Below the pieces are notes generated by a model. That model was not told the origin of the DNA. It ran no database searches and worked only from the letters and a program-made list of their open reading frames with translations. From positions 3,232,001 through 3,296,000 of the forward strand of contig OY759353.1 in assembly GCA_963662315.1 (NCBI GenBank): a DNA stretch of 64,000 bases. Direction: 5' to 3'. The translations under genes and the position numbers were made by a program. Of the stretch, positions 38,780 through 48,095 are shown piece by piece (position 1 is the first letter of the stretch; each line of letters opens with the position of its first letter). This DNA comes from Geopsychrobacteraceae bacterium (GTDB taxonomy: Bacteria > Desulfobacterota > Desulfuromonadia > Desulfuromonadales > Geopsychrobacteraceae).

Positions 38780-41700
38780 ATGAAAATTTTAGCAAAACGT
38801 TTTGTTGGAAAGACCCTGGTTTATGCTCTGCTTGTTGTTCTGACCGGTCAAAGTGTTTTTGGCGCGAGCTTTGATTGCGCAAAAGCAACGACTGGTATTG
38901 AAAAAATGATCTGTGACAATCCCGCTGTATCTCAACAGGACAGTGAACTGGGAGAGCTTTACGCGACAGTTGTCGAGCAGAGCCGCTACCCCGGCAATAT
39001 TAAAAGCGCGCAGCGGCAGTGGCTGAAAGCCCGTAACCAATGTGCCTCGGTGGCCTGTCTGAATGATCAGTATCAACTGCGACAGACGGCTCTGCAGGAA
39101 CAACTGCTTAAAATACAGTACAGTGGTCAGCCTCTAAAAATAACCTCTGCTCTGGAACAAACCTATGATAACGCCTCTGCTTTGGCAGTACGTTTTTCTG
39201 TTCCTCTGGATAAACACGCTGATTATAAAAAGTTTTTTCAGCTTGAGACCAATAATGAAAAGCAGCCGCAGAGTAGCTGGATTCTCAGTGAAGATGGTTT
39301 GCTGGCCATCTTTCCCTTCGTTGAACCCAAAACAGAATATGTTTTGACGGTTAAGCCTGGTTTGCTGGCGATAAACGGTGCAAAACAGGTTGATCTGTTC
39401 ACGACCAAGATCACCACGCGGCGCAATGAGCCGAGTGCTTCTTTTGCCGGCAGTGCTGCGGTCATGAGTACGAAATTGAAACGTGCCTTGCCGGTCACTA
39501 CGTTAAATGTCGATGCTGTCGATGTGGATATTTTCCGCATTAATCCGGATGCCATTCCTGCCTGGAGCTATTTTAATACCAGTAAGCAGCGTGAATATTA
39601 TGAATTCACCTCTTTCGCCAAGGAAAACCCCCTGGTTTACAGTGGGCGTTTCGATATTGAGCAGCGCCGCAACCAGCGTGGAACCCAAAATCTTGATCTG
39701 TCCGAGGTCACCGCCCTCGATAAGCCAGGAGCATACTTGGCGGTATTGCGGGTTCCTGGGCAATATGCCTACAGCTATGACACCAACTTCTTTACGGTCA
39801 GCGACATCGGGCTGCAGGTTCGTCGACATCGTGAGCACCTGGTCGTATTCTGCAGTTCCATCGGCTCTGGAGCCAATCTTGATAATGTGGAGATTTCCCT
39901 CTATCAGAGTAACAAGCTGGTCGCCCAGGTTGTGACCGATGAAAACGGGGTGGCCGAATTCAATGACTGGTTTGAGGACAACACCGTACTGGTTGCTCGC
40001 CAGGGAGATCAGATCAGTGTCCTGCGCTTTGATCAGCCCCTTGATCTTTCCGGTATTCGTAATGCCATCAGCCGTCATCTGCCACGTCAGGCTTTTGCCT
40101 GGGGTCCGCGGAACATTTACCGGCCCGGAGAAACGGTAATGACCTATGCCCTGCTGCGCGATTACGATGGGCGCCAAGTGCGTTCCGTTCCGTTACGCGT
40201 TGAGCTGATCGATGGCAGCGGCAACAGTCTAAAAACCCTGACTGTCAATGCCGGTAGCGAGGGGAGCTATCAGTTCAGCTATGATTTGCCTCGTGATGCC
40301 AAAACCGGTCCCTGGAAGCTGGTTTACCGAGAACCCGGTAAGGACAGTATCATCCATGAATACAAGTTTGCCGTGGAGGATTTTCTTCCAGAACGTATGA
40401 GCCTGACCCTGCTTGACGGCAAGGATGAGGTTCAGCACCTGGTCTATGGGGATGGTCAGCTGACCCTGCCTGTCCAGGGGGACTATCTTTATGGTGCTCC
40501 GGCCGCGGGGAACAAAGCTGATGGCTTTGTCGGTGTTGAACTTGAGCGCCACCCCTTCGAGCAGTGGAAAACCTTCTCCTTTGGTATCGCAGATAAAAAA
40601 ATTGAACGGCAACGTTTGCCCCTTGATGAAATAGCTTTAGATGAACATGGGCATGGGCAATGGCAGGTGGCTCTCGCCCAATGGCAGGATATCGATTCTC
40701 CCCTGGCGTTAACTGTCACCGCCAGTCTTTATGAAAGTGGTGGCCGCCCGGTCACGCGCAGTACCACCGTAACCAGGATCAAAGGCGAACAGCTGATCGG
40801 GATCGAACCGCAATTCTCCGAGCGTCCCGAAAATGACAGCCGTCCTGAATTCCGGCTGATTGTTACCGATAGTAACGGAAATTTGCTAACGGGAAATGAC
40901 TATCGTTACTCATTGGTGCGTGAAGATCGTAACTACTACTGGACTTACGATGAAAACTCAGGTTGGGAATGGCACTATGATCCCATGGAGTATGAAGTCT
41001 TTTCCGGCCAGTTGAAGTTCGATGGAGCCCAGGCGACCAGAATTGCTACGCCGGTACAGTGGGGCAATTATCGCCTGGAAGTTTACTCCCCACAAAATCA
41101 ACTCCTGTCCACTTATCGTTTCCGCACTTCCTGGTACTGGTGGGGCAACAGTGCTGAAGAAAGTGGTCTCAAGCCGGATCAGGTCCGGATGACGTTCCGG
41201 GACGGAAGTTATCAGCAGGGGCAAACCGCTCATCTGCTGTTGACACCGCCAACCGACGGCTTGGCCACCATTACGGTGGAAACCAATGAAGAAATTCTGT
41301 GGATCAGTCAGCAGCAGGTCGCATCAGCGGGCAGTGATATTGACATCCCTGTTGAAAAAGATTGGTTCCGGCATGATATTTATGTCACTGCTACGGTACT
41401 TGCTCCTGGCGATATGAAACATTCGGTTGCCCCCAAACGTGCCTTCGGTTTTGTCAATCTGCCCCTGAAGCGCAAGGATGCCGATCTGAATGTGACCATT
41501 GAGGCGCCTGAGCGGGTTGAATCGGGGCGTGATGTTGAGGCCCGGGTTAAAATTTCCGCGCCAGGCGGGGTTCCAGACAACACTTATGTGACCCTGGCGG
41601 CTGTTGATATTGGTGTTCTGAATATCACCCGTTACAAAACCCCGAACCCTGGTGCTTATTTCTATGCGGCCCGACGTTATGATGTTGACTATTATGATAT

Positions 41701-43897
41701 TTACGGACGCATCATTGAAAATGCCGGTTATGACTATATTCAACAACGCTTCGGTGGTGACTTTGTCGAGAGTGACGCTGAACTGGCGCGCGGTGGCAAG
41801 CAACCTGACAGCGATGTGAAGATCATGTCATGGCAGAGTGCTCCGGTTAAAGTCACCGCGGATGGATCAGCGACCTTTACCCTCCCGGTTCCTGAGTTTA
41901 ACGGGCGTGTGCGCTGGATGGCGGTTGTCTATGCCGACCAGAGCTACGGCGCAGCCCAGGCGGAAACCCGGGTCGCCGATAAGGTTGTTGTCCAGTTGTC
42001 CAAGCCACGTTTTCTGGCTCCTGGCGACAGTGCGGAAATCAGCCTCGATGTCAGTAATCAAAGCGATGGGCCCCTTGACCTGAATATCGCTGTCCAGGTT
42101 GGTGGTGTGCTGGCCGCCCAGCCGCTGACACAGACCGTCTCTTTGGCGGATAAAGCCAAGCAGACCTTCAAATTCAATGTAGCCGCCACGGCCAGTGGGC
42201 GTGGTACCTTACAGCTCAAGGTCAATAGCGATAAGGGGAGTCCGGAGCTGGATCTTGAGCGTGATTGGTTTATCGATGTGCGCAGTGCTTATCCGGCGGT
42301 GACCCGCAAAGAGCAGGTGATTATCGAACCGGGAACGAGCTGGGTTCCGGGACTGGATATGACCGATCTGGCTGCGGCCAGCGTACAGGGGCGCATGGTT
42401 CTGTCGTTGCAGCCGCCTATCGATGTGAACAGTCATCTCCATGCCTTGTTACACTATCCCTACGGCTGTACCGAACAGAGCACCAGTTCCGGTTATCCCT
42501 GGGTATTGGTGACGCCTGAGAACGCCGCTAAAATGGGTTTGCTGGCGGAAATTGAGCAGCAGTTCAAGCAACCGTACAGCAATCAGTTCCGCAAGCAACA
42601 GATTGAAAAGGCGGTGGCACGGTTACTCCCCCGTCAGGTCTCTAGTGGTGGCTTTGGATACTGGACTGCAGATGAAGAGAATTTCTGGTTGACCGCTTAT
42701 GTCAGTGATTTTCTTACCGACGCCCAGGCGGTTGGTGCCAAGGTGCCCCATGAGACCCTGAAGAAAGCCCTGGACAGGCTGCAGCGCTATGTCAGGGGAA
42801 ATACTTCGGTAACTTACCGTTACAGTGACAACAACGAATATTACAGCTTTGCGACCCGCAGCTACGCGGCCTATGTGTTAGCTAAGGCGAAACAACTGAG
42901 CTTGTCTGATTTGCGGCGCTTTCATGATCAGATCAAAACTCAGAATTTGAAGCAATCCATACTCCCTTGGGTTCAGCTCGCCGCTGCTTTTGAAGCTTCC
43001 GGAGATAGTAAACGGGCCGACCAGTGTTATGAAAAAGCGAAGACTCTGGCTGTTAGCGAGGAGCGCTACTATGGAACTTATGGCAGCACCTTACGTGACC
43101 TGGCCTTAAGCTACGCCATTATGGCCGCAGCCGGACACCATGACAGCCAGCTGTTGCTGCAACTGTTTGATCAGACCAAGCAACGGAGCTGGCTCAGCAC
43201 CCAGGAGCGTAATGCCCTGTTCCGGGCTGCTGTAGCGGCCGGACAGGCTGACGATGGCCACCTGGAAGCCCTGCTTACAATGTCTTGCAAAGAGCAATTG
43301 ATCGCCCGGGAGGGTGATTTTAAAGCGCTCTTTTCGCAACCGCAACTGGTAGCCCTAGGCCAGGTCAAGGCCAAGGATAGCCAGCTTTATGGGATGTTGG
43401 AAGTGGTTGGTAATTATCAGCTACCACCTAAAGCATACGGCAATGGCCCGCATATCAGCCGTGATTTTTTTGATCTCGATGGTCAGCCGTTGGATATCTC
43501 TGAGCTCAAATCCGGAGATCTGGTTATTGTGCGGTTGACTGCAGGGGCAGACAAGCGTACGCCGGATGCCTTGCTGGTCGATCTGCTGCCCGCCGGGTTC
43601 GAACTGGAAAACCAGAATCTTGGCGGCAGCAGTGTTGATCTGAGCAGCTTGGCGGTGGCGGGAAAGAGTCTCGCCGATTGGCAACAGCAGGCCCATATCA
43701 GCCATCTCGAATATCGTGATGATCGTTTTGTCGCTGCTTTACCTCTGTCTGAATATGAGAATGCGACGGTTTATTATCTGGTTCGGGCCGTAACCCCGGG
43801 AACCTATAGTGTGCCGCCGTCTTATGTTGAGGATATGTACCGGCCAGAGCGCCAGGCGGTTGGCGCAACGCCTGCCCGGGTGAGGATTATGCCCTGA
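38780..43897 (+). CDS. Bacterial alpha-2-macroglobulin with an N-terminal LprI/DUF1311-like domain
   Basis: Thioester YPYGCTEQ, YRPGE, RFGGD, DLLPAGFE, YRDDRF and VEDMYRPE; N-terminal ASFDCAKA..EKMIC..QRQWLKARNQC. Confidence 0.93.
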   Translation: MKILAKRFVGKTLVYALLVVLTGQSVFGASFDCAKATTGIEKMICDNPAVSQQDSELGELYATVVEQSRYPGNIKSAQRQWLKARNQCASVACLNDQYQLRQTALQEQLLKIQYSGQPLKITSALEQTYDNASALAVRFSVPLDKHADYKKFFQLETNNEKQPQSSWILSEDGLLAIFPFVEPKTEYVLTVKPGLLAINGAKQVDLFTTKITTRRNEPSASFAGSAAVMSTKLKRALPVTTLNVDAVDVDIFRINPDAIPAWSYFNTSKQREYYEFTSFAKENPLVYSGRFDIEQRRNQRGTQNLDLSEVTALDKPGAYLAVLRVPGQYAYSYDTNFFTVSDIGLQVRRHREHLVVFCSSIGSGANLDNVEISLYQSNKLVAQVVTDENGVAEFNDWFEDNTVLVARQGDQISVLRFDQPLDLSGIRNAISRHLPRQAFAWGPRNIYRPGETVMTYALLRDYDGRQVRSVPLRVELIDGSGNSLKTLTVNAGSEGSYQFSYDLPRDAKTGPWKLVYREPGKDSIIHEYKFAVEDFLPERMSLTLLDGKDEVQHLVYGDGQLTLPVQGDYLYGAPAAGNKADGFVGVELERHPFEQWKTFSFGIADKKIERQRLPLDEIALDEHGHGQWQVALAQWQDIDSPLALTVTASLYESGGRPVTRSTTVTRIKGEQLIGIEPQFSERPENDSRPEFRLIVTDSNGNLLTGNDYRYSLVREDRNYYWTYDENSGWEWHYDPMEYEVFSGQLKFDGAQATRIATPVQWGNYRLEVYSPQNQLLSTYRFRTSWYWWGNSAEESGLKPDQVRMTFRDGSYQQGQTAHLLLTPPTDGLATITVETNEEILWISQQQVASAGSDIDIPVEKDWFRHDIYVTATVLAPGDMKHSVAPKRAFGFVNLPLKRKDADLNVTIEAPERVESGRDVEARVKISAPGGVPDNTYVTLAAVDIGVLNITRYKTPNPGAYFYAARRYDVDYYDIYGRIIENAGYDYIQQRFGGDFVESDAELARGGKQPDSDVKIMSWQSAPVKVTADGSATFTLPVPEFNGRVRWMAVVYADQSYGAAQAETRVADKVVVQLSKPRFLAPGDSAEISLDVSNQSDGPLDLNIAVQVGGVLAAQPLTQTVSLADKAKQTFKFNVAATASGRGTLQLKVNSDKGSPELDLERDWFIDVRSAYPAVTRKEQVIIEPGTSWVPGLDMTDLAAASVQGRMVLSLQPPIDVNSHLHALLHYPYGCTEQSTSSGYPWVLVTPENAAKMGLLAEIEQQFKQPYSNQFRKQQIEKAVARLLPRQVSSGGFGYWTADEENFWLTAYVSDFLTDAQAVGAKVPHETLKKALDRLQRYVRGNTSVTYRYSDNNEYYSFATRSYAAYVLAKAKQLSLSDLRRFHDQIKTQNLKQSILPWVQLAAAFEASGDSKRADQCYEKAKTLAVSEERYYGTYGSTLRDLALSYAIMAAAGHHDSQLLLQLFDQTKQRSWLSTQERNALFRAAVAAGQADDGHLEALLTMSCKEQLIAREGDFKALFSQPQLVALGQVKAKDSQLYGMLEVVGNYQLPPKAYGNGPHISRDFFDLDGQPLDISELKSGDLVIVRLTAGADKRTPDALLVDLLPAGFELENQNLGGSSVDLSSLAVAGKSLADWQQQAHISHLEYRDDRFVAALPLSEYENATVYYLVRAVTPGTYSVPPSYVEDMYRPERQAVGATPARVRIMP

Positions 43898-43902
43898 TCG
43901 GA

Positions 43903-46239
43903 ATGATGATAAAGCGATTGCCGCGGCTTCTGCCCGGCACCCCGCGCAGGAAAGTTCTGTGCGGGGTGCTGGGCAGTCTGTTGCTTCTTGTTTTCAGCTG
44001 GTTGCTGCTCAATCTGGTTGCTCCGGCCGATTTGACGGCCCGTCAACCGGCACAGGTGGTTGTTGACCAGAATGGTCAGTTGCTCAGGGCTTTTGCTGAT
44101 CAGAATGGCGTCTGGCGTTATCATGTCAGTGCTGATCAGGTTTCGCCCTATTATTTTGAAGCATTATTTACTTATGAAGATCGCTGGTTTTATCAGCATT
44201 GGGGGGTGAATCCCCTGGCCTTGAGTCGTGCTGCCTGGCAGTGGTTACGTCATGGTGAAATCATATCAGGTGGTTCAACCCTGACCATGCAGGTGGCCCG
44301 CATTCGCTATAACCTTAAAGGGGGCTGGGCTGACAAATTCCGCCAGATGCTGATTGCTCTGCAGCTGGAGTGGCGCTACAGCAAAGCGGAAATCCTTGAT
44401 TATTATCTGAACCATGCCCCTTTCGGCGGGACTCTGGAAGGGGTTGAGGCCGCCAGCCGCAGCTATTTCGGCTACCCGGCCGCCCAACTGACCAGGGCTC
44501 AGGCAGCGTTGCTCGCAGTTTTGCCCCAAGCTCCCAGTCGTAACCGACCTGATCGTTATCCGGAGCGCGCCAGGCATGAACGTGATAAAGTTCTCGATCG
44601 CCTTGTTGCCTTTGGCAAACTCAGTCCGGCCGCAGCTGCTGATGCCAAACTTGAAGAGGTTGATGCCACCCCCCCAAGGACTCCGTTGATCGCTCCTCTG
44701 CTGGCGTGGCGCCTGCACCAGCGACTGCCGGATCAGCCTGTGATCGCAACCTTTCTGAATCACGACCTGCAGATATCGTTGGAAGAGGTGGCCAGAAACA
44801 GTTTGCATCTGTTACCGGAGCGAGTCTCGGTTGCCATTATGGTGATGGAGCATGGCAGTGGTCGGGTGGTTGGCTATGTCGGGTCTGCTGATTTTACCGA
44901 TGAACAGCGCTTCGGTCATATTGATATGATCACCGCCTGGCGCTCCCCCGGTTCAACCCTCAAGCCATTTATTTTTGGCATGGCCATGGATGACGGGCTG
45001 GTTCACAGTGAAAGCCTGCTGCTAAATGTCCCCCTCTCGTTTGGAGACTATCGCCCGTTTAACTTTACGCGTGGTTTTTCCGGTCCCGTCAGTGTCAGCA
45101 CCACATTGCAGCAATCTCTGAATGTTCCATCTGTTCAGGTTCTTGAGCGGCTTGAACCCAACAATTTTTACGCCAGAATGCAAACGGCTGGCGCGGAGCT
45201 GCATTTGCCGCCCGGTGCCCGCCCGAGCTTGGCTTTGGCTCTCGGAGGTGTTGCTACAGACCTTGAACACCTGGTGCGCATGTACAGTGCTTTAGGCAAT
45301 GATGGGGAAACCTTGAAACCGCGCTTAACCAGTGCTGACCCTGAAATTCGCGAGCCCTTGCTGAGTCCGGGAGCGGCCTGGATTATTCGGACTTTACTCA
45401 GTGCTCAACAGCACCGCCAGCGCTGGTCACAGCCCTCTTTTGCGGTTAAAACCGGGACCAGTTATGGCAATCGTGACACCTGGGCGGTGGCGGTAACGGC
45501 TCACCATACTCTTGGGGTGTGGGTTGGCAGCCCCGACAATGCGGCCATGGTCGGCCATTATGGCAGTTTTACCGCGGTTCCGATTGCACGAGCGGTGGCA
45601 GCGGTATTACCGGCAACTACGTATCAATTGCCAGGTCAGCCTGAGACCGTCTCCCGCCAGGTTATCTGCTGGCCGGGAGGACAACCCGCAGCAGAAAATT
45701 TATGTGATGAAAAACACCGTGCCTGGATTCTTGATGGCATGCTGCCGCGCACCTTCATGGGAACTCTTGATAATATTCCCCTGATTCCCGCAGCGCAAAT
45801 AACCGTGCACGTGGCCGACGATACAGGTTTACGTGCTCCCCTCGGGTGTCTGTCGGCAACACATCAGGTCCAGATTCCGGTCTGGCCTGCAGCATTACAG
45901 AACTGGCTGCCGTCGGCTTGGCGGAATAGCATGCGGATCCCACCACGCGACCCGAGGTGCCTGATTGACGATGGGTTGTTGCCGGATGTGCCTCTGCGTA
46001 TCAGTGGTGTACAGGATGGTGATCGGGTAAAGATTCATGCCAGCACCCATGCCAGTCCTGATCTGCAGGTCGTCGCGGTAGGTGGACAACCCGAGTGGTT
46101 CTGGTTTTTAAATGGAGAACTTCTGGCTGAACGTGGACCACGATTGAACTTGCCTTTGCCCCTGCCCGGACAATATGAATTAACCGTTGCTGATCAAGCC
46201 GGGGAGAGTGACCGGATTCGTTTTGTTGTCGAACCTTGA
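43903..46239 (+). CDS. pbpC: Penicillin-binding protein 1C
   Basis: Transglycosylase EDRWF and GGSTLTMQVAR; transpeptidase STLK, SLN and KTG; directly after A2M. Confidence 0.95.
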   Translation: MMIKRLPRLLPGTPRRKVLCGVLGSLLLLVFSWLLLNLVAPADLTARQPAQVVVDQNGQLLRAFADQNGVWRYHVSADQVSPYYFEALFTYEDRWFYQHWGVNPLALSRAAWQWLRHGEIISGGSTLTMQVARIRYNLKGGWADKFRQMLIALQLEWRYSKAEILDYYLNHAPFGGTLEGVEAASRSYFGYPAAQLTRAQAALLAVLPQAPSRNRPDRYPERARHERDKVLDRLVAFGKLSPAAAADAKLEEVDATPPRTPLIAPLLAWRLHQRLPDQPVIATFLNHDLQISLEEVARNSLHLLPERVSVAIMVMEHGSGRVVGYVGSADFTDEQRFGHIDMITAWRSPGSTLKPFIFGMAMDDGLVHSESLLLNVPLSFGDYRPFNFTRGFSGPVSVSTTLQQSLNVPSVQVLERLEPNNFYARMQTAGAELHLPPGARPSLALALGGVATDLEHLVRMYSALGNDGETLKPRLTSADPEIREPLLSPGAAWIIRTLLSAQQHRQRWSQPSFAVKTGTSYGNRDTWAVAVTAHHTLGVWVGSPDNAAMVGHYGSFTAVPIARAVAAVLPATTYQLPGQPETVSRQVICWPGGQPAAENLCDEKHRAWILDGMLPRTFMGTLDNIPLIPAAQITVHVADDTGLRAPLGCLSATHQVQIPVWPAALQNWLPSAWRNSMRIPPRDPRCLIDDGLLPDVPLRISGVQDGDRVKIHASTHASPDLQVVAVGGQPEWFWFLNGELLAERGPRLNLPLPLPGQYELTVADQAGESDRIRFVVEP

Positions 46240-46410
46240 ATGAATAAATGCTTTGTAGGGGGTGGTATGCTAGCTGTCAACGTTGGCGGGATGTGGGTTT
46301 GTTCAGATTTACTGATACGGCGGGACCTCTTTTAAGATGCGACCTGGGTACGGCAAGTATGACGTCAGCTCAGGTCGCATGCCAATTTAATCCTTGATAA
46401 AAACGACAAG

Positions 46411-46644
46411 TTACCTTAATTCTTCCAGTTCAACTTCAATTTCAGCGTCCGGGTACTCTTTTTTAATGGCTTTTTCTATCCGGAGCCTATGAGCCCAGAT
46501 AAAGGCCATCGGGGTGTTGGGGTTTTCTTTTTGATGGAGAAGGATAACGCCGCTCTTGCTGATACCTTGTAATTCAATAGATCCGCCATCTCCTTCAATA
46601 CCTGGTCTGAAGCGCTCGATGATGTCATTGATCTGCTTTTCCAT
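46411..46644 (-). CDS. NifU/NfuA-like domain protein lacking CxxC
   Basis: RPGIEGDGGSIEL and IEKAIKKEYP match the NifU C-domain pattern; no Cys; RBS AAAGGAG before ATG 46644. Confidence 0.65.
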   Translation of the reverse strand: MEKQINDIIERFRPGIEGDGGSIELQGISKSGVILLHQKENPNTPMAFIWAHRLRIEKAIKKEYPDAEIEVELEELR

Positions 46645-46713
46645 GTAAAGCTCCTTTGCAAAAGATGAAATGACCGGAGTTTTGTCTCCTTGTTTCAGTA
46701 AAATATGTAGTTT

Positions 46714-46730
46714 TTGGCACTTTGTGTGCA
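46714..46730 (+). promoter_or_regulatory. Candidate sigma-54 promoter for moaC-mog
   Basis: TTGGCACTTTGTGTGCA = GG-N10-GC. Confidence 0.6.
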
Positions 46731-46763
46731 CAGGTACTGTACCCAAATACGTGCAGCATAGGC

Positions 46764-46780
46764 TGCCATAACCATGCCAA
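46764..46780 (-). promoter_or_regulatory. Candidate sigma-54 promoter for the NifU-like gene
   Basis: Minus strand TTGGCATGGTTATGGCA = GG-N10-GC. Confidence 0.5.
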
Positions 46781-46826
46781 TTGATCATTTACCGATATTC
46801 CCGAATCAGCCAATGGAGGAGATAGT

Positions 46827-47309
46827 ATGGATTTCAATCATTTTGACGAACGTGGAAATGCAGTCATGGTCGATGTCAGTCCCAAACAAAGAACGATGCG
46901 CACGGCAATTGCCGAAGCCTCAGTCTTCATGTCCGCAAAAGTTCTTGATGCAATTCAGGACGGTGGTATCGCAAAAGGGGACGTTTTTGGCACGGCACGC
47001 CTGGCCGGTATTATGGCCGCTAAAAAGACTCCCGAACTGATCCCCCTGTCTCATCCTTTGTCACTGCATGCCATCAGTGTTGATTTCGAACAGGATTTCG
47101 AACAGCACAAAGTTTTGATTAAATGTACGGTCAGAGCCTATGAGCGGACCGGAGTCGAAATGGAAGCCATGACCGGAGCCAGCGTAGCCGCTTTGACAAT
47201 CTATGATATGTGCAAAGGGAGTGACAAATCGATCAGCATCAGTGATGTACGCCTGCTGTACAAGGAAGGTGGAAAAAGCGGTGTGTTCCGCCGGGAGGAA
47301 GTTATATGA
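46827..47309 (+). CDS. moaC: Cyclic pyranopterin monophosphate synthase
   Basis: MVDVS.K, KGDV, AKKTPELIPL.H, TGVEMEA and TIYDMCK. Confidence 0.96.
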   Translation: MDFNHFDERGNAVMVDVSPKQRTMRTAIAEASVFMSAKVLDAIQDGGIAKGDVFGTARLAGIMAAKKTPELIPLSHPLSLHAISVDFEQDFEQHKVLIKCTVRAYERTGVEMEAMTGASVAALTIYDMCKGSDKSISISDVRLLYKEGGKSGVFRREEVI

Positions 47310-47812
47310 AACGTTTCAAGGCTGCAGTGCTGACCCTGAGTGATAAAGGCGCGCGGGGTGAACGGGTCGATGAAAGCGGTCCGGCGCTGACCGCCTGGCT
47401 GGCCGGTTACGGGGTACAGACCGTGCGCACGCTGGTTCTTCCCGATCAACAGGATCTGATTGCCGATGTCCTGAAGGATTGGTCCGATCGCGAGTTGGCC
47501 GAACTGATTCTGACTACCGGGGGGACCGGGCTTGCCCCTCGTGATGTTACCCCTGAAGCAACCACCGCGGTTGTTGAGCGTCTGATCCCCGGAATCAGTG
47601 AGCTGATGCGCCTGAGTAGTCTTGATAAAACCCCGACGGCGGCACTGTCGCGTGCCGTAGCCGGAATTCGTAAACAGTCGCTGATCATCAATCTTCCAGG
47701 AAGTCCAAAAGCCGCGTTGGAAAACCTGGCTGCCGTGTGGCCGGTCATTGATCATGGAATTGCCAAGATGTGTGGCGATCAGGAAGATTGCGCCGGCCGT
47801 TTCAGTTGGTGA
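47306..47812 (+). CDS. mog: Molybdopterin adenylyltransferase, MogA/MoaB family
   Basis: LSDKG, TTGGTGLAPRDVTPEAT, LSRA and NLPGSP. Confidence 0.92.
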   Translation: MKRFKAAVLTLSDKGARGERVDESGPALTAWLAGYGVQTVRTLVLPDQQDLIADVLKDWSDRELAELILTTGGTGLAPRDVTPEATTAVVERLIPGISELMRLSSLDKTPTAALSRAVAGIRKQSLIINLPGSPKAALENLAAVWPVIDHGIAKMCGDQEDCAGRFSW

Positions 47813-47872
47813 AAAAGGGTTTGTCGGCAAGGGAACCTTAAAGGTTAAAAAGCTGATGAATATTGTTAAGAA

Positions 47873-47905
47873 AGGGGCGTCTCAAATTGAGACGCCCCTA
47901 TTTTT
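47873..47905 (+). terminator. Rho-independent terminator after mog
   Basis: AGGGGCGTCTCAA/TTGAGACGCCCCT followed by ATTTTT. Confidence 0.75.
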
Positions 47906-48016
47906 ATGTCGCAAAACGGTACTATTGCGGACCGCTACAGGAACCAGGCAGAAAAGGAAAGTGACTACATAGGCCTAGCTGGCCCTCTGCCACATTTATT
48001 GCGCCAGTATGTGGAG

Positions 48017-48031
48017 TGGCATGATCCTTGC
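48017..48031 (+). promoter_or_regulatory. Sigma-54 promoter of the Mo/W-enzyme operon
   Basis: TGGCATGATCCTTGC, one mismatch from the TGGCACG-N4-TTGC consensus. Confidence 0.8.
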
Positions 48032-48095
48032 CAAGTTAGAAGGGAAAAGTAGGTACTGCTCAAATACCATTCTTCGTGGAGAGTTCAATTTGTCC

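Noticed and set aside
47201..47830. 209-aa minus-strand ORF, and similar long antisense ORFs (55003-55803, 16199-16855, 11614-12297, 39503-40177)
   Set aside because: Shadows of well-supported genes on the opposite strand, with no recognisable motifs
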